Shown: positions 1 through 8,383 of the stretch, one piece after another | Layout: every line of letters begins with the position of its first letter | Numbering within the stretch: position 1 is the first letter of the stretch | Assembly: GCF_900141845.1 (NCBI RefSeq) | Contig: NZ_FQZB01000006.1 | Coordinates: 131,165 to 155,164 of the forward strand | Length of the DNA stretch: 24,000 bases | DNA from: Clostridium cavendishii DSM 21758 | GTDB lineage: Bacteria > Bacillota > Clostridia > Clostridiales > Clostridiaceae | Direction: 5' to 3' | Notes under the pieces: model-generated | Databases searched by the model: none | The model's input: the letters and a program-made list of their open reading frames with translations, nothing else | Told to the model about the DNA's origin: nothing | Position numbers and translations under genes: made by a program

Positions 1-141
1 ATAGAACTCATATTTTTCTGATAAATCATCAAATTTATAATAACTTTCTTCTCTAATATAAAAATTATTTTTTTTAAAAACACTTATTACCTTTTCTCGT
101 GGAATATTCTTAGGAATCATATACAAATTTAATTGACACAT
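1..141 (-). CDS. hypothetical protein, N-terminal 47 codons only (gene runs off the left edge)
   Basis: ATG at 139-141 (minus) with GAGAGG at 151-156, 9 nt upstream. I translated all 47 codons to position 1 without a stop (MCQLNLYMIPKNIPREKVISVFKKNNFYIREESYYKFDDLSEKYEFY...). It is absent from the ORF track because it has no in-window stop. No motif recognised. Confidence 0.35.
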   Translation of the reverse strand, partial: MCQLNLYMIPKNIPREKVISVFKKNNFYIREESYYKFDDLSEKYEFY

Positions 142-186
142 AAAATATTACCTCTCTTTAGTTTGTTTCAAATTATTCATTTTTAA

Positions 187-756
187 CTAAATATAGCATT
201 CTACAATTAAAAAATTTAGGCCAAATTCTTTGCCTTTTTCAATAATAGTATTTACCTGATAACGACTAAATCTTCTGTTAAGTTCAACATTTTTATTACC
301 CCTACCTAATCTCAAAAGTTCTTCATTTGAATACTCAATCATCGGATATAAGTTTCTTAATTTTACTATTTGTTTTAATACTGGCATCTCATTATTCCAA
401 ACAAAAACTAATCTATATTCAGGTTCTATTTCAACCTTAGGATTTAGTTTTAATTCAACCTTAAAAGTCTCTCCAGTTGCTGCACATCTATATATTTCAT
501 ATCCTTCCTCAACCTTTATTAATGTTGGTATAGGTCGGCCTTTTTTTATATACTTAAGCAATTCATATTTAACAATTCTATTCCCATTTTTCAGCATAGC
601 ATCTTTAATCATCTTTTCTTCTTCACTGTCTTCAATAATTACTGCTGTAAAATCAATAATATTAAAAATCAATAACTTATCATAATTATCTATAAATAAA
701 ATATATCTGCTCTTTTCTAAAAAATTATTGTACTCATCCAAATTAATTTCTTTCAT
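187..756 (-). CDS. hypothetical protein (189 aa), probably co-transcribed with the upstream MFS transporter
   Basis: Long ORF in the track, starting 16 nt after the stop of the 773-2020 gene on the same strand. No catalytic or structural motif recognised. Confidence 0.6.
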   Translation of the reverse strand: MKEINLDEYNNFLEKSRYILFIDNYDKLLIFNIIDFTAVIIEDSEEEKMIKDAMLKNGNRIVKYELLKYIKKGRPIPTLIKVEEGYEIYRCAATGETFKVELKLNPKVEIEPEYRLVFVWNNEMPVLKQIVKLRNLYPMIEYSNEELLRLGRGNKNVELNRRFSRYQVNTIIEKGKEFGLNFLIVECYI

Positions 757-772
757 ATTAATATTTTTTCCT

Positions 773-2020
773 TTAACAATTTGATTTTAAAGATTGTTTT
801 AAGTTACGCTTTAGTAAGTATATACAAAACATTATAGTAATGGGAAATATAATAGCACTTAACAAGCCTATTTTTAATCCAAGCCCTGTTATAACATCAA
901 TATGTATCCAATTTTTAAACATCATATTTTTCTTTTCTACAAAACCAGAAACATAGCCAACTAAGCTTGGTCCTACAAAACAGCCAACATCCCCTGCTAA
1001 TGCAAGCAAAGCAAACATAGTTGTACCACCCTGTGGACAATGTCTTGCTGATAAACTAAATACCCCTGGCCACATAATACCAACAGACAAACCACATAAT
1101 CCACACCCAATTAGTGAGATAATAGGAATTGGTGCAAACACCGTAATAAGATAACTAATTACACAAAGTACGCTACTTAATTCAATAAATTTTTTCAAAT
1201 TAATCTTTTCACCAAATTTGCCATAAAATGCACGCGATATTCCCATAAGAATTGCAAATAAACATGGTCCTAGCAAATCCCCCTTAGTTTTTGAAACATC
1301 TAGCCCAGCTTCTGCAAAAATAGATGCCCATTGACTTATAGCTTGCTCAGCAGCGCCTGAACATATCATCAATATAAAAAATAGCCAAAAACTTTTAAGT
1401 TTAAATATCTTTTTAAATGGCAATTTTGTTTCCTGATCACCAAATGTATTAATTGGTACCTTCGTAAACCATATAGCATTACAAAGTGGAACAATAGCCC
1501 AAAACATGGCTAAATAATTCCATTTTGCCACACCAAATATCGTGAAATAAATAGTAGAAATAATCACAACAGATACATGTCCCCAACAATAAAATGAATG
1601 TAACAAACTCATTGCTGAAGATTTTGCATCATTAGGCAAAGCTTCTACAATTGGGCTTATAAGAACCTCAATTATTCCTCCTCCAATTGCATACAATGCA
1701 ATAGCAAATATTAACCCAGCAAAAGGACTAGGAAATATATAAGGAAATACAGCAAGTCCAATCAATCCCACCGCTGAAAAAATATGTGCTCCTACTATAG
1801 AAATACGATATCCAATCTTGTCCACAAATCGTGCTGATAAAAAATCCACCACAATCTGAGTACCAAAATTGAAAGTAACAAGTAGACTTATCTGTTCTAA
1901 AGATATTCTAAACTCTTTTTGAAAAGTCAAAAATAATAACGGTGCTAAATTATTAACAATTGCTTGAGTAATATATCCCACATAACTTGCGTACATAGTA
2001 TGCTTATAATTTTTATTCAT
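773..2020 (-). CDS. MFS-family transporter (415 aa, about 12 predicted TM helices)
   Basis: The translation is hydrophobic throughout, with about 12 helix-length segments. It has an MFS motif-A-like loop (SARFVDKIGYR) after TM2 and a central hydrophilic loop (FGDQETKLPFKKIFKLK) separating two six-helix halves. SD AGAGGTGG lies just upstream of the ATG. Confidence 0.85.
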   Translation of the reverse strand: MNKNYKHTMYASYVGYITQAIVNNLAPLLFLTFQKEFRISLEQISLLVTFNFGTQIVVDFLSARFVDKIGYRISIVGAHIFSAVGLIGLAVFPYIFPSPFAGLIFAIALYAIGGGIIEVLISPIVEALPNDAKSSAMSLLHSFYCWGHVSVVIISTIYFTIFGVAKWNYLAMFWAIVPLCNAIWFTKVPINTFGDQETKLPFKKIFKLKSFWLFFILMICSGAAEQAISQWASIFAEAGLDVSKTKGDLLGPCLFAILMGISRAFYGKFGEKINLKKFIELSSVLCVISYLITVFAPIPIISLIGCGLCGLSVGIMWPGVFSLSARHCPQGGTTMFALLALAGDVGCFVGPSLVGYVSGFVEKKNMMFKNWIHIDVITGLGLKIGLLSAIIFPITIMFCIYLLKRNLKQSLKSNC

Positions 2021-2112
2021 AAACCACCTCTACAAATCCTTTTCAATTGCTTATCGTCTATTCCTAAAGGGTGACCTACAAATGTACTCATAAGCCCCTA
2101 ATTATTACTTAT

Positions 2113-2121
2113 ATTATACCA
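2113..2121 (-). promoter_or_regulatory. candidate extended -10 promoter (TGgTATAAT on the minus strand) for the MFS operon
   Basis: The reverse complement of 2113-2121 is TGGTATAAT. It lies about 90 nt upstream of the MFS ATG and immediately downstream of the HNH-gene terminator hairpin. The -35 is poor (TTTTAG). TATAAT-like strings are common in this AT-rich DNA. Confidence 0.4.
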
Positions 2122-2137
2122 TATCCCTATAGTCCCT

Positions 2138-2176
2138 AAAAAAATACAATAACTATTAACTTGAATAGCTATTGTA
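2138..2176 (-). terminator. rho-independent terminator candidate downstream of the HNH gene
   Basis: 13-bp stem with one mismatch (2145-2157 tacaataactatt / 2164-2176 aatagctattgta) and a 6-nt loop. It is followed on the minus strand by a 7-U run (A-run 2138-2144). Lies 50 nt past the stop at 2227. Confidence 0.5.
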
Positions 2177-2226
2177 CAATAAATACTTATGAACGCTGAT
2201 ATGAAATTATCCTCTATATCTAAAGA

Positions 2227-4059
2227 TTACTCTCTATGATAAATTTTAGAATATATCTTTGGTAAATTTCTTACATCATAACCTCTGCTCTTTAAATATA
2301 CAGTTAATTCTTCCCGACTTGGATATGAAAATTCAAACTTCTTAGTTTTATCCCCTCTTAAACCTCTGTTAATTGTCTCTAAACATATTCCAAATTTATT
2401 TGCAAATTTATCTTTATTATCAGTTATATATGTGTTTAAATTTTTATCTATAGCTTTAAAATATTTATTAGAGCTTCTACTTAAAATTAGCTCTATATAT
2501 ACAACATCATTGCTAATATATTTTTTTGGATTATTTCTATAATCAGTTATCATTTTAAACTTTGATTCCGAAAAAAAAGGCTTCAATCTATACCATCTTT
2601 CAAATTTCTGCTTATCTTTATTTGAGTTACACCTTCTGCAACTTGGAAGCACATTCCCTATTTTAGTAGCACCTTTATTATTTATTGATACTATATGTTC
2701 AAGAGCTTCATTATTATTATTTAAAATAGTATTACAATATGCACACTCATATTCCCCTTTTGCACTTTTAAAAAGTTCTTGTATTTGTATATATTCTTCT
2801 AATGTAAGATTTCCTATCGCACCTTTTTTATTAGCCCTTCTGTTAGCAAATCTTATAGATACCTTATCTAAATCTATTTTATTAACATATAATTCAGGTA
2901 TATCAGACAAATCGGTTTTATCACATATATCATATTTTTCCCATAAATACTTTTGTGTTGTAAAATCATATTTTTTTTCTGCTTTTAATCTTTGTTTTAT
3001 TGCATCTGACATTTTATCATACAAACCTAGATTAACTTTCCTTCCATTTACATGTATATATGATTCATATTTATTTCTAAGTCTACTCACTCCTATAACT
3101 TTAGATTTGCTAACTGATATCCCTTTACCATTTTCTCTTTCTAATTTCACTTCTAAATATTGTTTTCTATTATCCAACTTATCTTTCTTTAAATTTTCAT
3201 CAAACTCAATACAATTCAAATGGTCTACAATATAATCAGAATCAAAACAATCCATTATATATCTATGCAAATATAGCTTTTGTCCATTTGCCTGAGTCTT
3301 TACATAATTTCCATCAAAACACCATTTGTATAATCTACACTTTTCAACATCATCAAAATCTATTTTAGTTCTACAAGCCTCTTGTCCTTTTTTATCATAA
3401 AGTATAATTTCTGCATAATCATCATGTAAAACTATCTCATTTCCATCTTTTTTGGTACGAGATAATATTTTTCCATGTCTCCTCATTTGCGCATTATGTT
3501 TTAAACATAAAAACATTTCATATTCCTTACAATAAAATACTTTACTATTAGAACTATCATTCTCACAACCTTCAACATTACAATGTTTTATAAAACTCTG
3601 TTTAGTTGTTTCTTCTATACTAGATATTTTTACATTTAAATACTCTTTTCTATTATCTAAATACCCATTAATATGTTTTATAATACATTTTTTATTATTA
3701 CATTCCATAATATACTTATCTAGTCTTACTTCCTTATTTGCTATCTTTGTTACAATATATTTCCCGTTCAACCCCCATCTATAGCCTTTACATTTTTCAA
3801 CATCCTCAAGATCTATAATTGCTCTATCTTTTTCCTTATTATTTTTATCATATAATATTATTTCTGCATAATCCTTATGTATATCAATCTCATTATTATC
3901 TCTTATAGTTCTTTCTAGTATGCATCCATTACTAAAAAACTGACTTCTATGTCTACTACATAAATACATATCTGCACCTGAACAATAATTTATACTAGTG
4001 TCTTCACTTGTTTTTTTACATCCTAGCACCTCACAACACCTTATGTCATCCAATTGCAT
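2227..4059 (-). CDS. multi-domain HNH endonuclease: two tandem Zn-ribbon + HNH_3-like modules, an AP2-like DNA-binding domain and a C-terminal canonical HNH
   Basis: Module 1 (aa 8-143, nt 3631-4038) and module 2 (aa 160-303, nt 3151-3582) are clear internal paralogues (DYAEIILYDKNNKEKDRAIIDLEDVEKCKGYRW vs DYAEIILYDKKGQEACRTKIDFDDVEKCRLYKW). Each has Cys/His clusters and a degenerate H-N...DNR motif (IKHINGYLDNRKEYL; VDHLN...LDNRKQYL). AP2-like segment is GVSRLRNKYESYIHVNGRKVNLGLYD (aa 322-364). C-terminal HNH is CAYCN...EHIVS...N...CRRCNSNK (aa 439-481, nt 2617-2745). Confidence 0.8.
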   Translation of the reverse strand: MQLDDIRCCEVLGCKKTSEDTSINYCSGADMYLCSRHRSQFFSNGCILERTIRDNNEIDIHKDYAEIILYDKNNKEKDRAIIDLEDVEKCKGYRWGLNGKYIVTKIANKEVRLDKYIMECNNKKCIIKHINGYLDNRKEYLNVKISSIEETTKQSFIKHCNVEGCENDSSNSKVFYCKEYEMFLCLKHNAQMRRHGKILSRTKKDGNEIVLHDDYAEIILYDKKGQEACRTKIDFDDVEKCRLYKWCFDGNYVKTQANGQKLYLHRYIMDCFDSDYIVDHLNCIEFDENLKKDKLDNRKQYLEVKLERENGKGISVSKSKVIGVSRLRNKYESYIHVNGRKVNLGLYDKMSDAIKQRLKAEKKYDFTTQKYLWEKYDICDKTDLSDIPELYVNKIDLDKVSIRFANRRANKKGAIGNLTLEEYIQIQELFKSAKGEYECAYCNTILNNNNEALEHIVSINNKGATKIGNVLPSCRRCNSNKDKQKFERWYRLKPFFSESKFKMITDYRNNPKKYISNDVVYIELILSRSSNKYFKAIDKNLNTYITDNKDKFANKFGICLETINRGLRGDKTKKFEFSYPSREELTVYLKSRGYDVRNLPKIYSKIYHRE

Positions 4060-4243
4060 CGTCCTCCAAATTCATAAATTCTCTACAAAACTTCCCCATT
4101 ACAAATAATAACTATTAACATAATTATAAAATCTGTATTAAAAATAATATTATTTAATCTTATTTTTAATTACTTTTCATTTAAAATCTTTTCAACTTTT
4201 TCAATACTTATATTTAATGCTTTAGCAATGCTCTCAGGTCCCA

Positions 4244-4444
4244 TTAGTGGTAAGTTTCAGGACCATACCAGTCAGTATAGCGATATACCTTTTCATTTGA
4301 ATAATATTCTAACAATCCCTCAGCGTCATCCAATCTTATCTTTCTTAATCTTATCCTTTCTGTTTCTATTACAGGAAACTCCTTAAATATCTTTGTTAGC
4401 TTCATTTTAATTCTCCTCATTTCTTTAATTTTTGCTTTCATCAA
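4244..4444 (-). pseudogene. truncated GNAT (RimJ/RimL-type) N-acetyltransferase, N-terminal fragment only
   Basis: The 66-aa ORF contains the typical N-terminal strand of RimJ/L-like GNATs (IETERIRLRKIRLDDAEGLLEYYSNEKVYRYTDW) but stops before any acetyl-CoA-binding motif. Its TAA overlaps (TAATG) a 24-codon ORF ending in an HTH-like tail, which suggests a rearrangement junction. Confidence 0.55.
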
Positions 4445-4508
4445 TTCTATACAATTTTATGGATAATCAGAAAAAGAATTTTCCTACCAGATAAATCCAT
4501 TTGAATAC

Positions 4509-4544
4509 AAAAAGACCATAAGAAGTTAAAGCCTTCTTACAGTC
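4509..4544 (-). terminator. rho-independent terminator candidate
   Basis: Stem 4514-4525 gaccataagaag / 4533-4544 cttcttacagtc (10 of 12 paired), 7-nt loop, followed on the minus strand by UUUUU (A-run 4509-4513). Lies in the long non-coding stretch downstream of the 261-aa GNAT gene. Confidence 0.4.
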
Positions 4545-4939
4545 TAAAATATTGCAACCACTATTATAATTATAAAAATTACATATAAACATAAGTAATG
4601 CCCATTAATTAAAGCATTATATTCTGCTCACACAAAATCTTATAACAGAAGCTTAATAAAAAGCTCTACTTAATATTTAAACTCTACAATTTAAAATATT
4701 ATATTATAATAATTAATTCTAGTAAAGCAAGTTATCTTCTAACCGCCATATTCATAAAAAGTACACCAAATAAACCTAAATAAAACTAGGCTTAGGAAAC
4801 TCCTTAAAAAATACATATTAATTTTTAACAATTCATATTAGCAATTAGTTGTTTACACAACTTACATTCCCCTTTCATCATTTTTTAATATTGTACTATA
4901 TTTTGTAACTTAACTAAATATTTGGAGAATTCTATCATA

Positions 4940-5725
4940 TCACTTTAAAGTAACATTTAAAATTCTATGCTTACTTACAAAACCAGACTTTTCTAGTGTA
5001 TTTTTAGACGCTATATTTTTTACATTGCAACAAGCCATTGGCTTTAAATTATTCCTATAACAATGTTCCTTAAGCTGGGTAACAATATAGATCCCGACAC
5101 CTTTTTTACGATATTCTTCTGTGACAATCATTCCAATATCACCATATTGATCATTTGACTTAAATATTCTAAACTCACCTATTCCTAACAGAATGTCACA
5201 ACTATATAGTACGAATAGTTGATTGTTTTCTACTAAATCTTCATAATAACCGTCAAATGCAGGGTCACATTTTATTTTTATAATTCCTATATCGTTTTTG
5301 TTAGCCAATCTGAAAGATATATCCTTAAAATTACTTAATTCATATTTAGTATTTTTATTATCACTAAAAAGATATTGATCTATTGATATACTCTTGTGAT
5401 AATCAAGACATAAAGCTAGAAATTCTTTCTCTTTAGTAGAAACAGCAGCATTTTCCACAATATCACTTTCAATAATATATTCAAAAATCTGGGGTGCATG
5501 TACAAAATATTGTGACAAAATATAGAATTGTACTAAAGTCTTATGGGAATCTACAAAAAAATGACCTGCTTTTTCTCCATCATAAATAATTACATAACAC
5601 TGAGCGTTACCTATCACTACATTTTCCCAATAACCATCTATTGGAGATTCTAAAGTTTTAATATACTCTTTAGCTAAAATAAATCTTTCTTCTGCTGATG
5701 TTACTTTTTCTAATTGTATCATCAA
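4940..5725 (-). CDS. GNAT-family N-acetyltransferase (261 aa; GNAT fold in the C-terminal half)
   Basis: The C-terminal half carries the acetyl-CoA motif A (R-x-x-G-x-G: EEYRKKGVGIYIV), followed by ...NVKNIASKNTLEKSGF, the usual GNAT C-terminal helix/strand pattern. Confidence 0.75.
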   Translation of the reverse strand: MMIQLEKVTSAEERFILAKEYIKTLESPIDGYWENVVIGNAQCYVIIYDGEKAGHFFVDSHKTLVQFYILSQYFVHAPQIFEYIIESDIVENAAVSTKEKEFLALCLDYHKSISIDQYLFSDNKNTKYELSNFKDISFRLANKNDIGIIKIKCDPAFDGYYEDLVENNQLFVLYSCDILLGIGEFRIFKSNDQYGDIGMIVTEEYRKKGVGIYIVTQLKEHCYRNNLKPMACCNVKNIASKNTLEKSGFVSKHRILNVTLK

Positions 5726-5855
5726 ATCCCCCCTTTTAATTTTTTCTTAATTATACAAATTATATATGTATAGTTTAATATTAGCAAACCAGAAAAACAA
5801 GATTAAAAGTAAATACTTCAAAGACTCTACTAATGCTTTTATTTATTACAATCTG

Positions 5856-6764
5856 TTATTTTAATGTATTAATAATATCAATTTTTTTAGCAAACCACTC
5901 ACATATTTCTTTATTTTGATTACTACTTGAAAGAAAATCAGATAATGGCTTTTCAAAATAATAAATATTTACACTTGTATCTTCAACACATCCATCAAAT
6001 ATATTTTCATTTTCCTTTATCTTATTTGTAATGTTCCCAAATTCACTATTGTTTTTTGCAATAACAAGACTAACAACCACCTTAGGTATTTTACCCTCAC
6101 CTCTAAACTCAAATCCAACGATAACTTCTGAATATCCATCTCCAATAATATTTTCACTCCACATAACATACTGTTCATTTAGACATATTTGTTTAAGTCT
6201 TTCATAATCACGTTCATAAGGCTTTCCAAAACACTCTGTTAATTTTGGCTTAACCATATCTAAACACTCATCCATTTTTGCTATTGTAGCATTAATATTA
6301 CTAAGAACTATTAAATCTTGAAAATTAAAATCTCCTGCACTTGACATACCTTCACCCCTTAAAAATTCTAAACATTCTTCTATAATCTTATTTTCTTTAT
6401 ATTGATTCAAAAATGCATATACATCACTCCACCTATATTGTTCAAAGTTAATATTTGAAATATCCTTTTTATCATAATACTTTGTACAATATCTTAAATA
6501 CACATTCTTATTATCATTTACTTTTATTTCATTTAAAACTTTTGAATATCGTCCTAACTGTCGTTCTCCCTCTGAAGAATTAACCTTATTCTCAATAAAA
6601 CAAATGCTTTCTTTATTCTTAACAACTATATCTATAATACAATCCATATCTCCTTGAAGATAATATTTTTCTTGAGAATCAATAGAAAATCCCGTACCCT
6701 CTATTAAAAGAAACTTATTAACAAACTTATCTAATAGTTTATTATCTTGCTCCAACGTTCCCAC
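5856..6764 (-). CDS. PD-(D/E)xK nuclease-family protein (302 aa as tracked; 5' end probably damaged)
   Basis: Core motif D...ExK followed by QLxRY: GDMDCIIDIVVKNKESICFIENKVNSSEGERQLGRY. The tracked start is GTG (6762-6764). The same frame stays open for 30 more codons upstream (to the stop at 6855-6857) with no ATG/GTG/TTG. See the finding on the 5' frameshift. Confidence 0.65.
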   Translation of the reverse strand: MGTLEQDNKLLDKFVNKFLLIEGTGFSIDSQEKYYLQGDMDCIIDIVVKNKESICFIENKVNSSEGERQLGRYSKVLNEIKVNDNKNVYLRYCTKYYDKKDISNINFEQYRWSDVYAFLNQYKENKIIEECLEFLRGEGMSSAGDFNFQDLIVLSNINATIAKMDECLDMVKPKLTECFGKPYERDYERLKQICLNEQYVMWSENIIGDGYSEVIVGFEFRGEGKIPKVVVSLVIAKNNSEFGNITNKIKENENIFDGCVEDTSVNIYYFEKPLSDFLSSSNQNKEICEWFAKKIDIINTLK

Positions 6765-6997
6765 TATTATTTCAGTTGTAAAGTCTTCTAATGGAGTCTT
6801 ACCTGAAGCCCCATTTTTGCTGTATAAAGATAATAACCTTTTATAAATACTAATTCAGAACACCCTCTTCCCTCTCAAATCCTTTCTTTTCCATGTTTAT
6901 ATACATTTAAATCGAATTATATCTATATTTTACCACTTTAGTATTAGTTTCAAATTATTATTTATAAATTTAAATATATTTTTAGCATAATAAAACG

Positions 6998-7018
6998 CCT
7001 TCCAAGTAAGCTTTTATT
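6998..7018 (-). repeat. orphan fragment of the Rpn gene leader / SD region
   Basis: ccttccaagtaagcttttatt matches 9035-9055 (ccttccaagtaggcttttatt) at 20 of 21 nt. The latter is the SD-containing leader just upstream of the Rpn start codon at 9025. No Rpn ORF follows this copy. Confidence 0.5.
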
Positions 7019-7103
7019 TAAAAGAAACTCTTCCTCATCAACATCCTTTGCAGTACCAAGCTGAAACATAACTGACTTTATGCCTACAAATAATTTTATA
7101 TAT

Positions 7104-7150
7104 AAAAAAATGATAGCTACCTATCTAAAAAATAAATAAGTAGCTATCAT
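7104..7150 (-). terminator. rho-independent terminator of the Nudix gene
   Basis: 11-bp perfect stem (7110-7120 atgatagctac / 7140-7150 gtagctatcat), extendable by A:U pairs, with a 19-nt loop. Followed on the minus strand by a 6-7 U run. Starts 5 nt after the stop codon at 7156-7158. Confidence 0.55.
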
Positions 7151-7155
7151 TTTCA

Positions 7156-7539
7156 CTATCTAGTCTTCAAAGCATCAACAACCAAAATATCAGCAGAAAC
7201 CCACTTTTGATCATCTAACTTACCAAAATCAATCCACTTAGCATCATTATGAGCATTCAAGCTTAAAGTTCCACCAGAAATCTCACAAATAAAACAATGC
7301 ATAGTAAGATGAAAATTTGGATAATCATAATCAACAGTAGTTAAAAACTCTAATCCATTAATATCAAGTTCTAGCTCCTCCTTAATCTCACGAACAAGAG
7401 CCTCTTCCCTAGACTCACCACTCTCAACTTTTCCACCTGGAAACTCCCACATATTAACGAAATCCCCATAGCCTCTTCTAGTAATAAATATCTTATCATC
7501 CTTCTTTAAAATAGCTGCAACTACCTCTATAGTCTTCAT
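7156..7539 (-). CDS. Nudix hydrolase, MutT-like nucleoside triphosphate pyrophosphohydrolase (127 aa)
   Basis: Complete Nudix box GX5EX7REUXEEXGU: GGKVESGESREEALVREIKEELEL. Size and the N-terminal beta-strand pattern (IEVVAAILKKDDKIFITRR) are typical of MutT-like enzymes. SD AGAGG lies 7 nt upstream of the ATG. Confidence 0.9.
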   Translation of the reverse strand: MKTIEVVAAILKKDDKIFITRRGYGDFVNMWEFPGGKVESGESREEALVREIKEELELDINGLEFLTTVDYDYPNFHLTMHCFICEISGGTLSLNAHNDAKWIDFGKLDDQKWVSADILVVDALKTR

Positions 7540-7584
7540 ATGCCAACCTCTATCTTAATAATAAATTTCTTAAACCATATTTTT

Positions 7585-7613
7585 ATTATATAAGTTTTGT
7601 AATGAGTTAACAA
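7585..7613 (-). promoter_or_regulatory. candidate sigma-A-type promoter for the Nudix gene
   Basis: On the minus strand: -35 TTGTTA (7608-7613), a 17-nt spacer, then -10 TATAAT (7585-7590), about 45 nt upstream of the ATG at 7539. Pattern match only. Confidence 0.45.
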
Positions 7614-7687
7614 ATTTTTTCTAGAATATAAACACACTTGACCTAATAAATCATAATAAAATATTTATTTATAAGCTTATACTGCGA

Positions 7688-7726
7688 CAATATTCCTTTC
7701 TATTTATTTTATAGAAAGAAATATTG
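7688..7726 (-). terminator. hairpin downstream of the 79-aa Rpn-C-terminal-domain gene (terminator candidate without a clear U-tract)
   Basis: 16-bp stem with one mismatch (7688-7703 caatattcctttctat / 7711-7726 atagaaagaaatattg) and a 7-nt loop, 25 nt past the stop at 7751. No U-run follows on the minus strand, so its function is uncertain. Confidence 0.35.
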
Positions 7727-7750
7727 TAAAAATATAATATTATTAGAGAT

Positions 7751-7990
7751 TTAAAAATACTTCTCTAAATCCTCTACTTTTTCTAAATCAAAAATATCTC
7801 CGCCTATTACATCTAATTTATCTGCTGGAAGACTTGAAATCTTTTTCTTATATTCTTCTGGAAGTTTTTCAAACTTCTTTATCAATTGTTTTAATAAGAG
7901 ATCTGCCTTCCATTTAGTCTCACCTATAGAAACTCCTTCTTTTCTTCCCTCTGCTTTATAATGCATTTTTCTTATTTCATCTATTGTCAT
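7751..7990 (-). CDS. stand-alone Rpn C-terminal domain protein (79 aa), RpnS-like
   Basis: Aligns along its whole length with the last 80 aa of the neighbouring Rpn protein (…EGRKEGVSIGET-KWKADLLLKQLIKKFEKLPEEYKKKI…GGDIFDLEKVEDLEKYF vs …EGKEEGISIGEANGETKGKADLLLKQLIRRFKKLPDGYREKI…AGDIFELEKVEDLEQYF). Has its own ATG with AGGTG 8 nt upstream (7999-8003). Confidence 0.65.
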   Translation of the reverse strand: MTIDEIRKMHYKAEGRKEGVSIGETKWKADLLLKQLIKKFEKLPEEYKKKISSLPADKLDVIGGDIFDLEKVEDLEKYF

Positions 7991-8088
7991 CTTAAATACA
8001 CCTACACTTCTATTCTTGTATTCTTCAAATCATACTCTAGTAATAAGTATGTCATCATTATCTTCTAAATAAATTGCCCGTATAATAC

Positions 8089-8125
8089 AACACTCCTTCA
8101 TACGAAATCCGTAGAAAGGAGTGTT
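8089..8125 (-). repeat. copy B of a conserved two-tier hairpin (also a terminator candidate for the Rpn gene)
   Basis: Outer stem 8089-8098 aacactcctt / 8116-8125 aaggagtgtt. Inner stem TACG/CGTA (8101-8104 / 8110-8113) with loop aaatc. Same architecture and identical inner core (tacgaaatccgta) as 9228-9266. Lies 16 nt past the Rpn stop. Confidence 0.6.
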
Positions 8126-8140
8126 TATATTATGAAAGTT

Positions 8141-8383
8141 TTAAAAATACTGCTCTAAATCTTCTACCTTTTCTAATTCAAAAATATCTCCAGCTATAAC
8201 CTCTATTTGCTCTAATTTAAGATTTAAAATCTTTTCTCTGTATCCATCTGGAAGCTTTTTAAATCTTCTTATTAATTGCTTTAACAACAAGTCAGCTTTT
8301 CCCTTAGTTTCTCCATTGGCCTCACCTATGGAAATTCCTTCTTCTTTACCTTCTTCATATATCATTCTTCCAACATCAGTCAT
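8141..8383 (-). CDS. possible internally initiated small protein (80 aa) in frame within the Rpn gene, RpnS-like
   Basis: In-frame ATG at 8381-8383 (MTDVGRMIYEEGKEEG…) preceded by a perfect AAGGAGG (reverse complement of 8392-8398) with an 8-nt spacer. The product would be colinear with the stand-alone 79-aa ORF at 7751-7990, whose own start codon aligns with this internal Met. Confidence 0.4.
   Translation of the reverse strand: MTDVGRMIYEEGKEEGISIGEANGETKGKADLLLKQLIRRFKKLPDGYREKILNLKLEQIEVIAGDIFELEKVEDLEQYF

Noticed and set aside
7156-7539. Idea that the Nudix (MutT-like) hydrolase is functionally tied to the RADAR-type system, for example by clearing ITP/dITP
   Set aside because: It has its own promoter and terminator and is separated from the operon by the Rpn cassette (about 1.7 kb). 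MutT-like genes are ubiquitous housekeeping genes. Nothing in the sequence supports linkage.
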